This document shows positions 20,266 to 33,063 of a stretch of DNA of 64,000 bases, one piece after another. Each line of letters opens with the position of its first letter. Positions within the stretch are counted from its first letter, which is position 1. The DNA lies in IMG/VR virus record IMGVR_UViG_3300031857_000025. The stretch is one strand, 5' to 3'. The DNA comes from a virus. The notes beneath the pieces were generated by a model. That model did not search any database, was not told the DNA's origin, and worked only from the letters and a program-made list of their open reading frames with translations. The position numbers were made by a program, and so were the translations under genes.

Positions 20266-21452
20266 TGAAAAATCTAATATACTACCCGTCATTATCAGCA
20301 GGAGGCTGTGCTGGCGACTTTAAAAATAACAAAGAAGTAAAGCCAGGATTAACTAGCCGCTTCTATTCAAAGGAGTTTCCGGAACCATGGAGACATCCTT
20401 ATTTTCTAATTACAGCTGGTCACCATTATAAATGGATGGATGCTCGTCAAAGATATGGTTTAGAAGAAGATGTAAAGGTATTGGGCGATTCGGGTGGTTT
20501 CCAGTTAGCGACTGGTGCTATCAAATGGGATCCGAAGTTCAAAGAAACTATCTTTCAATGGTTAGAGCAAAATTGTGATATCGGAGTTAATCTTGATATT
20601 CCGCCTCGCGTGAAGTATGATGGTAAGTTCTATGAGTGTTTAGATATTAGCTATGATAACTTTAAATACTTTGCTGAGAACCAAACGGGTAAGTGTAAGT
20701 TCTTAAATGTTGTACAAGGTAACAATGTTAATGAATATGATATCTGGTATAACCGTGTCAAGGACTTTGATTTCAATGGTTGGTCGATCGGAGGTACACA
20801 GAAAGGTATAGCGTTGTTTATGGCCGCTTTGGTACCAATGTTAAGACATAAAGAATTTGAAAAAGAACGTAATATGTATGTACACGTATTAGGTATTTCA
20901 AAGATATCAGATTTCTTTATGTTGAGCTTCTTTCAAAAGATGCTAAATAAGTATCATGGAGGTCGTATACAAGTATCAACTGACTCTAGTTCACCGGGTC
21001 AATATCCTGTATATGGTACATACTTGCATTCACCACAGTTAACTAAAATGACATTCACTCATTTGTATTTTCCTAAAGGTGATAATCTTCCTTATAATCC
21101 AACTGACCTAGTACCTAATCCATATGGTCATCCAGTAAGTGAAGGATTTACTTTTGGCGAGGTAGCTAACTATAAAGGTGATGTTACAATGAAGATGACC
21201 TTGAATAACTTGTTTGTATATAATGAAACGGTTAAGCAGGTAGAACAAATTGTACATTGTCATAACGAATTACTACAAACGGTTGTACCTACGGATTTAT
21301 ATAATATATTAATGAGTATGGAAGAAATGTTTCAGAACCCAGACCAGGCTTTACATATCTATGAAAAGAATATTCAATTGTATAGTAAGTATGGTGGAAC
21401 AACTAATGACATGGTAAATAATAACGTAATAACTCAATTCTTCGAGATATAA
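20265..21452 (+). CDS. TGT/DpdA-like guanine transglycosylase
   Basis: DSGGFQ, LDIPP, VVQG, WSIGG, HVLG, STDSSS TGT-family catalytic motifs; no C-terminal Zn cysteines as in tRNA TGT. Confidence 0.8.
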   Translation: MKNLIYYPSLSAGGCAGDFKNNKEVKPGLTSRFYSKEFPEPWRHPYFLITAGHHYKWMDARQRYGLEEDVKVLGDSGGFQLATGAIKWDPKFKETIFQWLEQNCDIGVNLDIPPRVKYDGKFYECLDISYDNFKYFAENQTGKCKFLNVVQGNNVNEYDIWYNRVKDFDFNGWSIGGTQKGIALFMAALVPMLRHKEFEKERNMYVHVLGISKISDFFMLSFFQKMLNKYHGGRIQVSTDSSSPGQYPVYGTYLHSPQLTKMTFTHLYFPKGDNLPYNPTDLVPNPYGHPVSEGFTFGEVANYKGDVTMKMTLNNLFVYNETVKQVEQIVHCHNELLQTVVPTDLYNILMSMEEMFQNPDQALHIYEKNIQLYSKYGGTTNDMVNNNVITQFFEI

Positions 21453-21453
21453 T

Positions 21454-22173
21454 ATGAAAAAGACAGAACTATTAAATTACATCAGCCGTTATCACCTAGC
21501 CGGCGCAACTACTTCAGTTAAGTGGAATGCAAGTGGTGGATCATTACAAAGTAGTTTTATTACTGATGACCAGAACGTAATTGGTTCTGTATCAGCTAAT
21601 ATTGACTTAGGTAATCAGACATTAGGCGTTTATGCAACACCTCAATTGGTAAAAATGTTATCTGCAGTAGGAGATGATGTTGAGATTGATGTCAAGGATA
21701 TTGACGGCAAAGCTGTTAGTATGGATATTTCAGATAAAGAAGTTAACATGACATTTATGTTAGCAGACTTATCAGTTATTCGTCAGGTACCTGAATTAAA
21801 GCAATTGCCAGATTGGAATGTTATGGTACCATTGGACAAGGAATTTGTAAGTAGATTTATCAAGGCAAAGAATGCATTACCTGAGTCTGAAAACTTTGGT
21901 GTTAATTGCAAGAACGGTAAAACTGAGTTTATTGTAAATTATTCTTCTATTAATACTAGTCGTATTAAATTTGAAGTTACATGCCAAGCAGATACTTGTA
22001 AGAATATGGATACGGTATGTTTTTCTAGTAACCTATTCAAAGAAATTCTCCAGGCAAATAAAGATGCAGAGACTGCAAAACTAGAAGTATCTCAGGCAGG
22101 TTTAGCTCGTGTAACATTTGCATCTCAAAACTATACATCAACTTATTATTTGGTTCAATTACAAACTGCATAA
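21454..22173 (+). CDS. sliding clamp (gp45/PCNA-like)
   Basis: 239 aa, two-domain pattern, C-terminal STYYLV; lies next to the clamp loader. Confidence 0.7.
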   Translation: MKKTELLNYISRYHLAGATTSVKWNASGGSLQSSFITDDQNVIGSVSANIDLGNQTLGVYATPQLVKMLSAVGDDVEIDVKDIDGKAVSMDISDKEVNMTFMLADLSVIRQVPELKQLPDWNVMVPLDKEFVSRFIKAKNALPESENFGVNCKNGKTEFIVNYSSINTSRIKFEVTCQADTCKNMDTVCFSSNLFKEILQANKDAETAKLEVSQAGLARVTFASQNYTSTYYLVQLQTA

Positions 22174-22174
22174 T

Positions 22175-22612
22175 ATGAAAGTACGTTTTAAGAAATTATC
22201 CGAAAAGGCAGTAACTCCTAGCTATGCAAAGCCGGGAGATGCTGGCCTGGATATGACGGCTATACAATACACCGTTGATCCAGATTACAACTTCCTAGAA
22301 TACCATACTGGCATTGCTGTTGAAATACCTGAGGGATATGTAGGATTATTATTTCCTAGGTCATCAGTATCTAAAACAGATCTAGTACTAGCTAATTGTG
22401 TAGGGGTTGTTGATAGCGGTTATCGTGGAGAAATTAGATTCCGATACAAGTTTGCTCGTAAGGAGTACTTTGCTAATGTACGTAGATTCCAAGAGGGAGA
22501 GCGTGTAGGTCAATTAGTAATAATACCTTATCCGGCAATTGAATTAGAACAAGTAGAACATTTAAGTGATACAGAACGCGGTGAGGGTGGTTACGGTAGT
22601 ACGGGGAAATAA
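22175..22612 (+). CDS. dut: dUTPase
   Basis: DAGLD, PRSS, GVVDSGYRGE, RGEGGYGSTG. Confidence 0.95.
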   Translation: MKVRFKKLSEKAVTPSYAKPGDAGLDMTAIQYTVDPDYNFLEYHTGIAVEIPEGYVGLLFPRSSVSKTDLVLANCVGVVDSGYRGEIRFRYKFARKEYFANVRRFQEGERVGQLVIIPYPAIELEQVEHLSDTERGEGGYGSTGK

Positions 22613-22613
22613 T

Positions 22614-22791
22614 ATGGCAAAGAAAAAAATAGTAGAACCTATTGTAGAAAATCCTTGGAAAAAGATTGGAGATATGGTTGAAAGTTTATATATTAGCATA
22701 GATGAACAATATAAGGTATTACCTAAAAATGAATTGTCATCAATGTTAGTAATGTTATCGTTAGTAAATAAAACAATTAAACAAGAACATA

Positions 22792-22814
<23 letters not shown>
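22614..22814 (+). CDS. hypothetical protein
   Basis: fills the gap between dut and the clamp loader. Confidence 0.5.
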
Positions 22815-25357
<2,543 letters not shown>

Positions 25358-25369
25358 TTAAAGAAAATT

Positions 25370-25597
25370 ATGGCAAAGAAAAATATCAATGAAACAGTAG
25401 GACAAAAGCGCATCAGCGCAGAAGACCTTCCAAATATTGTATGTGAAAATTGTGGTGGTAGATTTTTTAGACAGGTGCATGCTTTTAAGCGTGTGCCTGC
25501 TATTTTATCTCAATCTAGCAAAGAAGAAATTGTTCCAATTCCAACTTTTCGTTGTGACGACTGTGGTCATATCAATGAAGAATTTATGCCTATATGA
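25370..25597 (+). CDS. zinc-ribbon protein
   Basis: CENC...CDDC. Confidence 0.65.
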   Translation: MAKKNINETVGQKRISAEDLPNIVCENCGGRFFRQVHAFKRVPAILSQSSKEEIVPIPTFRCDDCGHINEEFMPI

Positions 25598-26055
25598 GTG
25601 ATAAACCTGTAACAAAAGCAGCTACTATATTTGATCATTTATCTAATATTACGGATAAGAAAAAGGACTGGAGTTCTCTATCAGAAGCAGATCGTAAGTC
25701 CTTTAGTCCTTATCTAATTAATAGATGGCTATCAATGGATCCGGATCTTATTGAGATAGTAAATGAGTTTCAACATTATACAATAGGTGTTTTAGATACT
25801 AAACATGTATACCAGTTATATCATGATCTGTTACCTAAACGTAAATTCTTTACAAAGTATATTAAAGGTAAGTCAGAGGATAAGTATAATAAGGATCTGA
25901 TTGAGTTTATTGCTGATCATTATGCTGTATCTAAGCGAGAAGCTACAGAATATATTAGTATGATGATAGATTTGGATTCTACAGAGTTAGTCGGTATATT
26001 AAGCAAGTACGGTAAAACGGAAAAAGAAATTAAGAACTTATTAAAAACAAAATAA
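25594..26055 (+). CDS. clamp loader small subunit (gp62-like)
   Basis: FSPYLINRWLS motif, size and context. Confidence 0.65.
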   Translation: MSDKPVTKAATIFDHLSNITDKKKDWSSLSEADRKSFSPYLINRWLSMDPDLIEIVNEFQHYTIGVLDTKHVYQLYHDLLPKRKFFTKYIKGKSEDKYNKDLIEFIADHYAVSKREATEYISMMIDLDSTELVGILSKYGKTEKEIKNLLKTK

Positions 26056-26056
26056 C

Positions 26057-26305
26057 ATGGAACAAGAGTTATTACAGCATCTAAAAACTAAAATGGAAAT
26101 GGTTAATCATCCACAGCATTATGGTGGAGAAAATAATACCTATGAAGCTATCAAAGTAATTGAAGCTTGGAATTTAGATTTTTGTTTAGGTAATGCTGTT
26201 AAATATATTTCTAGAGCTGGTAAAAAAGACGTATCCAAAGAGCTAGAAGATCTAAATAAAGCTGTTTGGTATTTGAATCGTCGTATAGAACAAATTTCAA
26301 AATAA
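26057..26305 (+). CDS. DUF3310 family protein
   Basis: VNHPQHY, GNAVKYISRAGKK, EDLNKAVWYL. Confidence 0.85.
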   Translation: MEQELLQHLKTKMEMVNHPQHYGGENNTYEAIKVIEAWNLDFCLGNAVKYISRAGKKDVSKELEDLNKAVWYLNRRIEQISK

Positions 26306-26342
26306 ATTTGGTAATCTGAAATATTGTACTTATATTTAGAGT

Positions 26343-27281
26343 ATGCAAAAATTCCTACAGTTTAATATACGAGAGCCTAAGGAGGGCGAGCGTAAAGTAT
26401 CTTATTCCCAATTTTCAATGTATTCGACTTGTCCTAAACAATGGCATCTAGCATATGTTAAAGGACTACGTACTTTTAGTCAGAGTATACATACTTTGTT
26501 CGGTACATGTTTACATGAGACATTACAAGAATATCTAACTGTAATGTATACTGAATCCATTAAGAAAGCTGATAGTATTGATTTTAGAACGGTATTGAAA
26601 GACAAGATGTTCAACCAATACAAAGAAGCTGTAGCGCAAATGGATAATAAACATTTCTCTAACAAGTTCCAGCTTAATGAGTTTTATGATGACGGCATTG
26701 CTATTTTAGAATGGATACGTAAACGTCGTACTGAATACTTTTCGTCCAAGTATGAAGAGTTGGTAGGTATTGAAGTTCCGATATATCATCCCGTAGGAGC
26801 AGACCGTCCAGTGTTCATGATGGGATTCTTGGACGTAGTTATACGTAATACTAAGACTAATAAGATTACAATATTAGATATCAAGACAAGTACTAACGGT
26901 TGGAATAAGTATCAGAAGGCAGATAAACTCAAGGCATCTCAATTAGTTTTATACAAAGAATACTTTGGTGAGCAGTTCGGTGTTGATAAGGAGAGTATTG
27001 ATATCAAGTACTTTATCGTGAAACGTAAACTAATTGATGGTGCAATGTTTCCTCAGAAACGAGTACAAGAGTTTGTTCCGGCAAGCGGTAAGCCTACTCG
27101 TAACAAGTTATTGAAAGAAATTTATACTTGGGTTGAGAGTAGTTTTAACGCTGATGGTAGTTATAATGAAGAAAGAGAATATCCTGCTATTGCTGGTAAG
27201 AATTATAAAAATTGCAAGTATTGTGAATTTGCAGAAGATGATGAATTATGTCCAATGAAAAACAGAATAAAATTAAAATAG
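26343..27281 (+). CDS. PD-(D/E)XK (RecB/Cas4-like) exonuclease
   Basis: SYSQ...CP, GFLD, DIKT, QLVLY, CKYC...CP. Confidence 0.8.
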   Translation: MQKFLQFNIREPKEGERKVSYSQFSMYSTCPKQWHLAYVKGLRTFSQSIHTLFGTCLHETLQEYLTVMYTESIKKADSIDFRTVLKDKMFNQYKEAVAQMDNKHFSNKFQLNEFYDDGIAILEWIRKRRTEYFSSKYEELVGIEVPIYHPVGADRPVFMMGFLDVVIRNTKTNKITILDIKTSTNGWNKYQKADKLKASQLVLYKEYFGEQFGVDKESIDIKYFIVKRKLIDGAMFPQKRVQEFVPASGKPTRNKLLKEIYTWVESSFNADGSYNEEREYPAIAGKNYKNCKYCEFAEDDELCPMKNRIKLK

Positions 27282-27283
27282 GT

Positions 27284-27685
27284 ATGAAGGTTGCTGTTAT
27301 CGGAAGTCGCCAGTATGAAAACGTACGTAAGATTAAAGATACATTAACTAACTTACGTCAGAAGTTCGGAGATGAATTAGTTATTATCTCAGGCGGAGCT
27401 AAGGATGGGGCTGATAAGTATGCTAGGAAGTATGCATTAGAGTTTGGTATACGATATAAAGAGTTTAATCCAGCTCATACTCCTAGAAATTTATATAGTG
27501 CCATGTCAGATGAGTATTATGGTAAGCCATATCATGTCAGTCAATTTCATCATAGGAATCAGTTATTAGCTCGAGACTGTGATGTTATGATAGCATTTAT
27601 ACCTCAGGGAGTTAAATCAGATGGCAGTTTGAGTGCCATTAAAAGTGCTGAAAAATATAACAAGAAGGTTGTTATCATTTCATAA
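27284..27685 (+). CDS. SLOG/DprA-like (YspA-related) protein
   Basis: AVIGSR, ISGGAKDGAD, RNQLL. Confidence 0.7.
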   Translation: MKVAVIGSRQYENVRKIKDTLTNLRQKFGDELVIISGGAKDGADKYARKYALEFGIRYKEFNPAHTPRNLYSAMSDEYYGKPYHVSQFHHRNQLLARDCDVMIAFIPQGVKSDGSLSAIKSAEKYNKKVVIIS

Positions 27686-27728
27686 AGCATATTTATATTA
27701 AATAAAAAGAACGGTTACAAGGAGTTAA

Positions 27729-29183
27729 ATGAATCAGTTACAATTACCAAAATTACGTAAAATTGATCCTAACAAGCCAAAGAAAAAGAAAATTCTTTTA
27801 CTATCTGATGACCTGCGTATGCATTCTGGTATAGCCACAATGTCACGTGAGTTTGTATTAGGTACAGTAAAAGAGTTTGATTGGATCCAGTTAGGAGCTG
27901 CTATTAAGCATCCGGATGCAGGACAAATGCTAGATCTAAGCGCAGATGTGGCTAGAGAAACCGGTGTAGAGGATGCATCGGTTAAACTTATGCCATATAA
28001 TGGTTATGGCGACGCTCATGTATTAAATTATCTAATTAATACAGAAAAGCCAGATGCAATATTACATTTCACTGATCCTAGATTCTGGGGGTGGTTATAT
28101 CAGTTAGAACATACTATTCGTCAGCATATACCAATCATGTATTATAATATATGGGATGATTTACCATATCCACATTGGAACGAACCATTTTATGAGTCAT
28201 GTGATTTAATTATGAACATTTCACGTCAAACTCAGAATATCGTAAAAAATGTATTGCAGAAGTTTCCTAAAGAGGAATGGGCAGTTCAGTATGTACCTCA
28301 TGGTATTAATGAAAACAGGTTTTTCCCGATCACAGCTGATCATGATCAATATAAAGAATTTGACATGTTTCAGTCTGACTTTAAAATTAAAAACGAAGTC
28401 GATTTTATAGTATTCTGGAATAATCGTAATATACGTCGTAAACAGCCAGGTGATTTAATTTTAGCATATAAAACATTTTGTGATAGTTTACCAAAAGAAA
28501 AGTCTAGTCGTTGTGCGTTATTAATGCATACTCAACCTATAGACGAAAATGGTACAGATCTATTTGCCGTTAAAAACGCTGTGTGTCCAGAATATAAAGT
28601 ATTATTTAGTGATCGAAATATTGATACTAAAATGCTGAACTTCTATTATAACATGGCAGATGTAACTGTTAATATCGGTTCTAATGAAGGCTTTGGGTTA
28701 TCAGGTGCTGAATCATTAATGGCAGGCACACCTATTATTAATAATGTAACAGGTGGATTACAAGATCATTGCCGATTTGAAGATGAATCTGGTAAATGGA
28801 TTGAATTTACGACTGAGTTTCCTAGTAACCATACTGGTAAATATACTAAATGTGGTAAATGGGCTAAACCTGTAATACCGACGAATAGGTCACTTCAAGG
28901 TTCTATACCTACACCATATATCTTTGATGACCGTGTACGATTTGAAGATGTAGCGGATGCAATTATGTATTGGTATTCAATGTCTAATGAAGATAGAACC
29001 GCATGCGGTTTAGCTGGACGTGAATGGGTTACATCAGAAGAGTCGATGATGTCGGCTCGTAGAATGAGTGAACGATTTATTGAGTGTATTAATTCATGTT
29101 TAACTAATTGGACTAAACGCAAAAAATTTACATTATTTAAAGTAGAACAAGAACCAAAATTTGATAAAATAGGTGTAATATGA
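27729..29183 (+). CDS. GT4-like glycosyltransferase
   Basis: VPHGI, NRNIRRKQ, NEGFGLSGAESL. Confidence 0.85.
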   Translation: MNQLQLPKLRKIDPNKPKKKKILLLSDDLRMHSGIATMSREFVLGTVKEFDWIQLGAAIKHPDAGQMLDLSADVARETGVEDASVKLMPYNGYGDAHVLNYLINTEKPDAILHFTDPRFWGWLYQLEHTIRQHIPIMYYNIWDDLPYPHWNEPFYESCDLIMNISRQTQNIVKNVLQKFPKEEWAVQYVPHGINENRFFPITADHDQYKEFDMFQSDFKIKNEVDFIVFWNNRNIRRKQPGDLILAYKTFCDSLPKEKSSRCALLMHTQPIDENGTDLFAVKNAVCPEYKVLFSDRNIDTKMLNFYYNMADVTVNIGSNEGFGLSGAESLMAGTPIINNVTGGLQDHCRFEDESGKWIEFTTEFPSNHTGKYTKCGKWAKPVIPTNRSLQGSIPTPYIFDDRVRFEDVADAIMYWYSMSNEDRTACGLAGREWVTSEESMMSARRMSERFIECINSCLTNWTKRKKFTLFKVEQEPKFDKIGVI

Positions 29184-30508
29184 AACCATTCGTTGTAATA
29201 CAGGGACCGGTAGCTACCCGGTCAGGCTATGGAAGCCATACTAGAGATTTAGTTACAAGTTTAATTAACTCAGATAAATATGATATACAGATAATATCAT
29301 TACCATGGGGCGTAACTCCAATGGATGCATTGGATCCAAACAATATAGATCATCAAGAAATTGTTAAACGTATTGCAGTGCAAAACATAACACGCCAGCC
29401 AGATATTTTTATACAGGTGTCAATTCCAAATGAGTTCCAACCACATGGTAAATATAATATTGGAATAACAGCTGGAATAGAAACTGATACAGTGTCAGCT
29501 GAGTTTATTGAGGGATGTAATCGTATGAATTTAATTCTTACTACATCGGAACATTCTAAACAAGGCTTTATTAATACTAAGTATGACAAGCTAGATAAAA
29601 ATACTAATCAAAAAATTGGTGAATTACGTTTAGAAAAACCGATTGAAGTATTATTCGAAGGCGTAGATTTAGACGTATATAAAAAGACCAATGACATTAA
29701 TGAACTAGTGTTAAATGAACTCAATTCAATAAAAGAAGGGTTCAATTTTCTATTTGTAGGACATTGGTTAAAGGGAGAGTTAGGTGCTGATCGAAAGGAT
29801 GTCGGAATGCTCATTAAAACATTTTGTGAAGCATTTAAAAATAAATCAGCACAGAATAAACCAGGATTAATTCTTAAGACTAGTCATGCTACTTTTAGTA
29901 TTATCGATCGTGAAGAACTCATGAAAAAGATTAATATGATAACGGCGCCATATGGTAAATCGGCACCTAGTATTTATTTACTGCATGGTGACTTAACTGA
30001 TGAACAGATGAACAGTCTATATAATCATCCTAAGATTAAAGCTATGATATCATTTACTCATGGTGAGGGATATGGACGTCCATTATTAGAATTTACATTA
30101 TCAGAAAAACCTGTTATAACCAGTAACTGGTCGGGTCATATAGATTTCTTAAAACATGCAACTTTATTACCGGGAGATGTTAAGGAAGTACATCAATCGG
30201 CTACAGATAACTGGATACTTACTGGCAGTAAATGGTTTACGGTGAATTATGGTTATGCAGCTAGTATAATGCGTGATATACCAGATAACTATAAAAATTA
30301 TCTTACTTTAGCAAAACGACAGGCATATATATCACGTACTGATTTTAGTTTAACTAAAATGGCTGAAAAATTCTGTGAAATTGTAGATACTGCGGCAGAT
30401 AGTATACCTAAACAAATACAACTTCAATTACCTAAATTGAAAAAAATATCCAATGCATCTGAAACATCTAAGATTACATTACCTAAATTAAAAAAGATTG
30501 AAGCATGA
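29180..30508 (+). CDS. GT4-like glycosyltransferase
   Basis: SGYG, RKDVG, GEGYGRPLLE, WSGHIDF. Confidence 0.85.
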   Translation: MKPFVVIQGPVATRSGYGSHTRDLVTSLINSDKYDIQIISLPWGVTPMDALDPNNIDHQEIVKRIAVQNITRQPDIFIQVSIPNEFQPHGKYNIGITAGIETDTVSAEFIEGCNRMNLILTTSEHSKQGFINTKYDKLDKNTNQKIGELRLEKPIEVLFEGVDLDVYKKTNDINELVLNELNSIKEGFNFLFVGHWLKGELGADRKDVGMLIKTFCEAFKNKSAQNKPGLILKTSHATFSIIDREELMKKINMITAPYGKSAPSIYLLHGDLTDEQMNSLYNHPKIKAMISFTHGEGYGRPLLEFTLSEKPVITSNWSGHIDFLKHATLLPGDVKEVHQSATDNWILTGSKWFTVNYGYAASIMRDIPDNYKNYLTLAKRQAYISRTDFSLTKMAEKFCEIVDTAADSIPKQIQLQLPKLKKISNASETSKITLPKLKKIEA

Positions 30509-30993
30509 AACTAGATTATGATGAACTATCGCCTATTACTAATAACCTATGTGTACTAGTTGAGGCATTAGATAATGGCATGAATTCATATATGTGTATG
30601 GAATCGGGTTTTGTTACTAATGATATGTTACGTATTGAGAGTGATATGGTAACTCAATATGAACAGCATATGTCGCAACTAATGCGTGATGTAAAGCATA
30701 TAGATGAGTCGCGTGGGTTAGTTTGGTATCCGACGTATATGCAAGTAGGAAATTTTGCATTATATTGTACCGGCACTTCTGCTAAAGATTTAGGATGGGA
30801 AATTGCTGCTATAGTACCGTTATCTGAGGAAGATAGTAAAAACTATCCAATTCCAGGACAAGAAGGTCAGTATTTCACATCACGTATTGATACTGATAAT
30901 AGTCAATTCTTTATCGATTTTACATCAGCAATGAATGCAATGTACAGTTCAGTTGCGAAATTATATCATGAAAATTTGGAAACGGAGTCATAA
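30505..30993 (+). CDS. hypothetical protein
   Basis: 162 aa ORF overlapping the upstream stop. Confidence 0.6.
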   Translation: MKLDYDELSPITNNLCVLVEALDNGMNSYMCMESGFVTNDMLRIESDMVTQYEQHMSQLMRDVKHIDESRGLVWYPTYMQVGNFALYCTGTSAKDLGWEIAAIVPLSEEDSKNYPIPGQEGQYFTSRIDTDNSQFFIDFTSAMNAMYSSVAKLYHENLETES

Positions 30994-31010
30994 TTTAATA
31001 TATTCAGTGT

Positions 31011-31634
31011 ATGAAAATTAGTTATGCAATAACAGTTTGTAATGAGTTGAAGGAGATTAGCAGATTAGTTAATCTCCTTCACCAAAACAAACGCATGGAA
31101 GATGAGATTTGTGTTTTATTAGATAAACCAAAAGCATCACAAGAATTATTAGATGAACTTTATTATTGGTCATCCAAAGATATAATCACTTTAAAGGAAA
31201 GCGTATTTCAAGGTCATTTTGCAGACTGGAAAAACGAACTAACCAAAATGTGTTCGGGAGATTATATTTTTCAAATTGATGCCGATGAATATCCTCATGA
31301 ATATCTAATCGAAACATTACCTGAAATATTAGAAACTAATTCTGACGTAGAGGTATATGTTGTTCCAAGAGTTAATACAGTGGACGGTTTAACAACACAA
31401 CATATACAAAAATGGGGATGGCATGTAAATCAAGATGGATGGGTGAACTGGCCAGATCGTCAATGGAGATTATATAAAAATTCTCCGAACATTAAATGGA
31501 AAAACAAAGTGCATGAAGTGATTGAAGGTTATAAAATAATGGCCCAATTACCGGCATATGAAGATTTTTCTTTATATCATCCAAAAACAATAGAAAGACA
31601 GGAACGTCAAAATAACTACTATGAATCAATCTAG
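31011..31634 (+). CDS. GT2 glycosyltransferase
   Basis: ISYAITVCNE, IDADE, VHE. Confidence 0.8.
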   Translation: MKISYAITVCNELKEISRLVNLLHQNKRMEDEICVLLDKPKASQELLDELYYWSSKDIITLKESVFQGHFADWKNELTKMCSGDYIFQIDADEYPHEYLIETLPEILETNSDVEVYVVPRVNTVDGLTTQHIQKWGWHVNQDGWVNWPDRQWRLYKNSPNIKWKNKVHEVIEGYKIMAQLPAYEDFSLYHPKTIERQERQNNYYESI

Positions 31635-32475
31635 CCCGCTCACTTTTTGTATATCAACATATAATAATCTGCCTTATCTTAAGATAGCAATAGATTCGGT
31701 TAGAAAAAATAGTTATTTTAAAGAAGCGCCATTTATAGTTCATTCGGAAAATTGTACAGATGGTACTAACGAATGGTTATTTGAAAACAAAGAAAGATAT
31801 AATTTAACATTAGTTATCGAGCCTCAAACTATCGAAGTTAGGGGTATAGGTGGCGGTATGAATGTTTGCGCAGATCATGTCGAAACAGAATATATAATGT
31901 TTCTGCATTCAGATTTTTATGTTACTAAAAACTGGGATATTGAATTGTTAAAAATACATGAACGATATCCTAATGAAAAGTTATGGGTGAACTCTTATAG
32001 GATTGAGCCTAATACATTTAATTCCCCAGACCGTCATGGTACAACATTTGTTCCTTTAGATATGTTTGGTGCATATCATTATAATTTCAATTCAGAAGAA
32101 TTTGAACAATGGGCTGATGAATTTAAAGTTATGAATCAGTCATATGAAGTCCCAAAAGGTGAAGGTGTTTCGGGTCTAGTTAAAAAAATGGTATGGGATG
32201 AAGTAGGTGGTAATGATCCAATATTTGCTCCGGCTAGTTGGGATGATATGGATTTATTTTTACGTATGTTACAACATGAAGTTAGATTCGTATTACCTGC
32301 TACTTCAATAGTATGGCATTTTGGTGCCAGGGGTAGTCATCGATTAGAAGAGAATAATGGGCAAACATCACAACGACAGCGAGATTCAGAACAAAAAAAT
32401 ATACAAAAATGGTTGTATAAATGGAAAAGATTACCTATATTTAACGAATATGGTATGATAGAAAAGTTTAATTAA
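31621..32475 (+). CDS. GT2 glycosyltransferase
   Basis: STYNN, CTDGT, LHSD, DDMDL. Confidence 0.8.
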   Translation: MNQSSPLTFCISTYNNLPYLKIAIDSVRKNSYFKEAPFIVHSENCTDGTNEWLFENKERYNLTLVIEPQTIEVRGIGGGMNVCADHVETEYIMFLHSDFYVTKNWDIELLKIHERYPNEKLWVNSYRIEPNTFNSPDRHGTTFVPLDMFGAYHYNFNSEEFEQWADEFKVMNQSYEVPKGEGVSGLVKKMVWDEVGGNDPIFAPASWDDMDLFLRMLQHEVRFVLPATSIVWHFGARGSHRLEENNGQTSQRQRDSEQKNIQKWLYKWKRLPIFNEYGMIEKFN

Positions 32476-32490
32476 ATAAAAAGGAGACAG

Positions 32491-33063
32491 ATGTCATTTA
32501 TGATTAATGAAAAATATGGATTTTGGGAAGGTGGCGGTCATGCAAATCACGTGTTTGATCATCCATTGGCTAATGCACTATTAAATATATTTAATACGTT
32601 AAATATTAAAAGTGTTGTAGACTTTGGTTGTGGAACAGGTGATTATACTAAATTTTTTATTGATAATGGTATAAATTGTGAAGGATATGATGGAAATCCT
32701 AATACTACTGAAGTATCAGGGGGCGTATGCGGAGTATTAAACTTAGCTAATTCCGTAAATTTAGGTAAAACGTTTGATTGTGTACTTAGTTTAGAAGTAG
32801 GTGAACATTTACCTAAAGAGTATGAAGATATTTTTATACAAAATTTAGAAACTCACTCAAAAGGATTAATTATATTATCTTGGGCACTTCCCGGTCAGGG
32901 AGGAGGAGGACATTTTAATGAACAAAGTAATGAATATATCACTGAAAAATTCTTAAAGTTTGGATATAAAAGGCAGGAACATTTAGAATTACAACTTAGA
33001 CAATCACCAGCAAATTGGTGGTTTAGGAATACGATAATGGTGTTTACAACTAAAGACATATGA
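32491..33063 (+). CDS. class I SAM methyltransferase
   Basis: VVDFGCGTG, SLEVGEH. Confidence 0.85.
   Translation: MSFMINEKYGFWEGGGHANHVFDHPLANALLNIFNTLNIKSVVDFGCGTGDYTKFFIDNGINCEGYDGNPNTTEVSGGVCGVLNLANSVNLGKTFDCVLSLEVGEHLPKEYEDIFIQNLETHSKGLIILSWALPGQGGGGHFNEQSNEYITEKFLKFGYKRQEHLELQLRQSPANWWFRNTIMVFTTKDI

Noticed and set aside
20265-21452. Ordinary tRNA-guanine transglycosylase for queuosine
   Set aside because: Lacks the Zn-binding cysteines, sits among replisome genes, and no GUN-anticodon tRNA or queA/queF is in the window; not fully excluded
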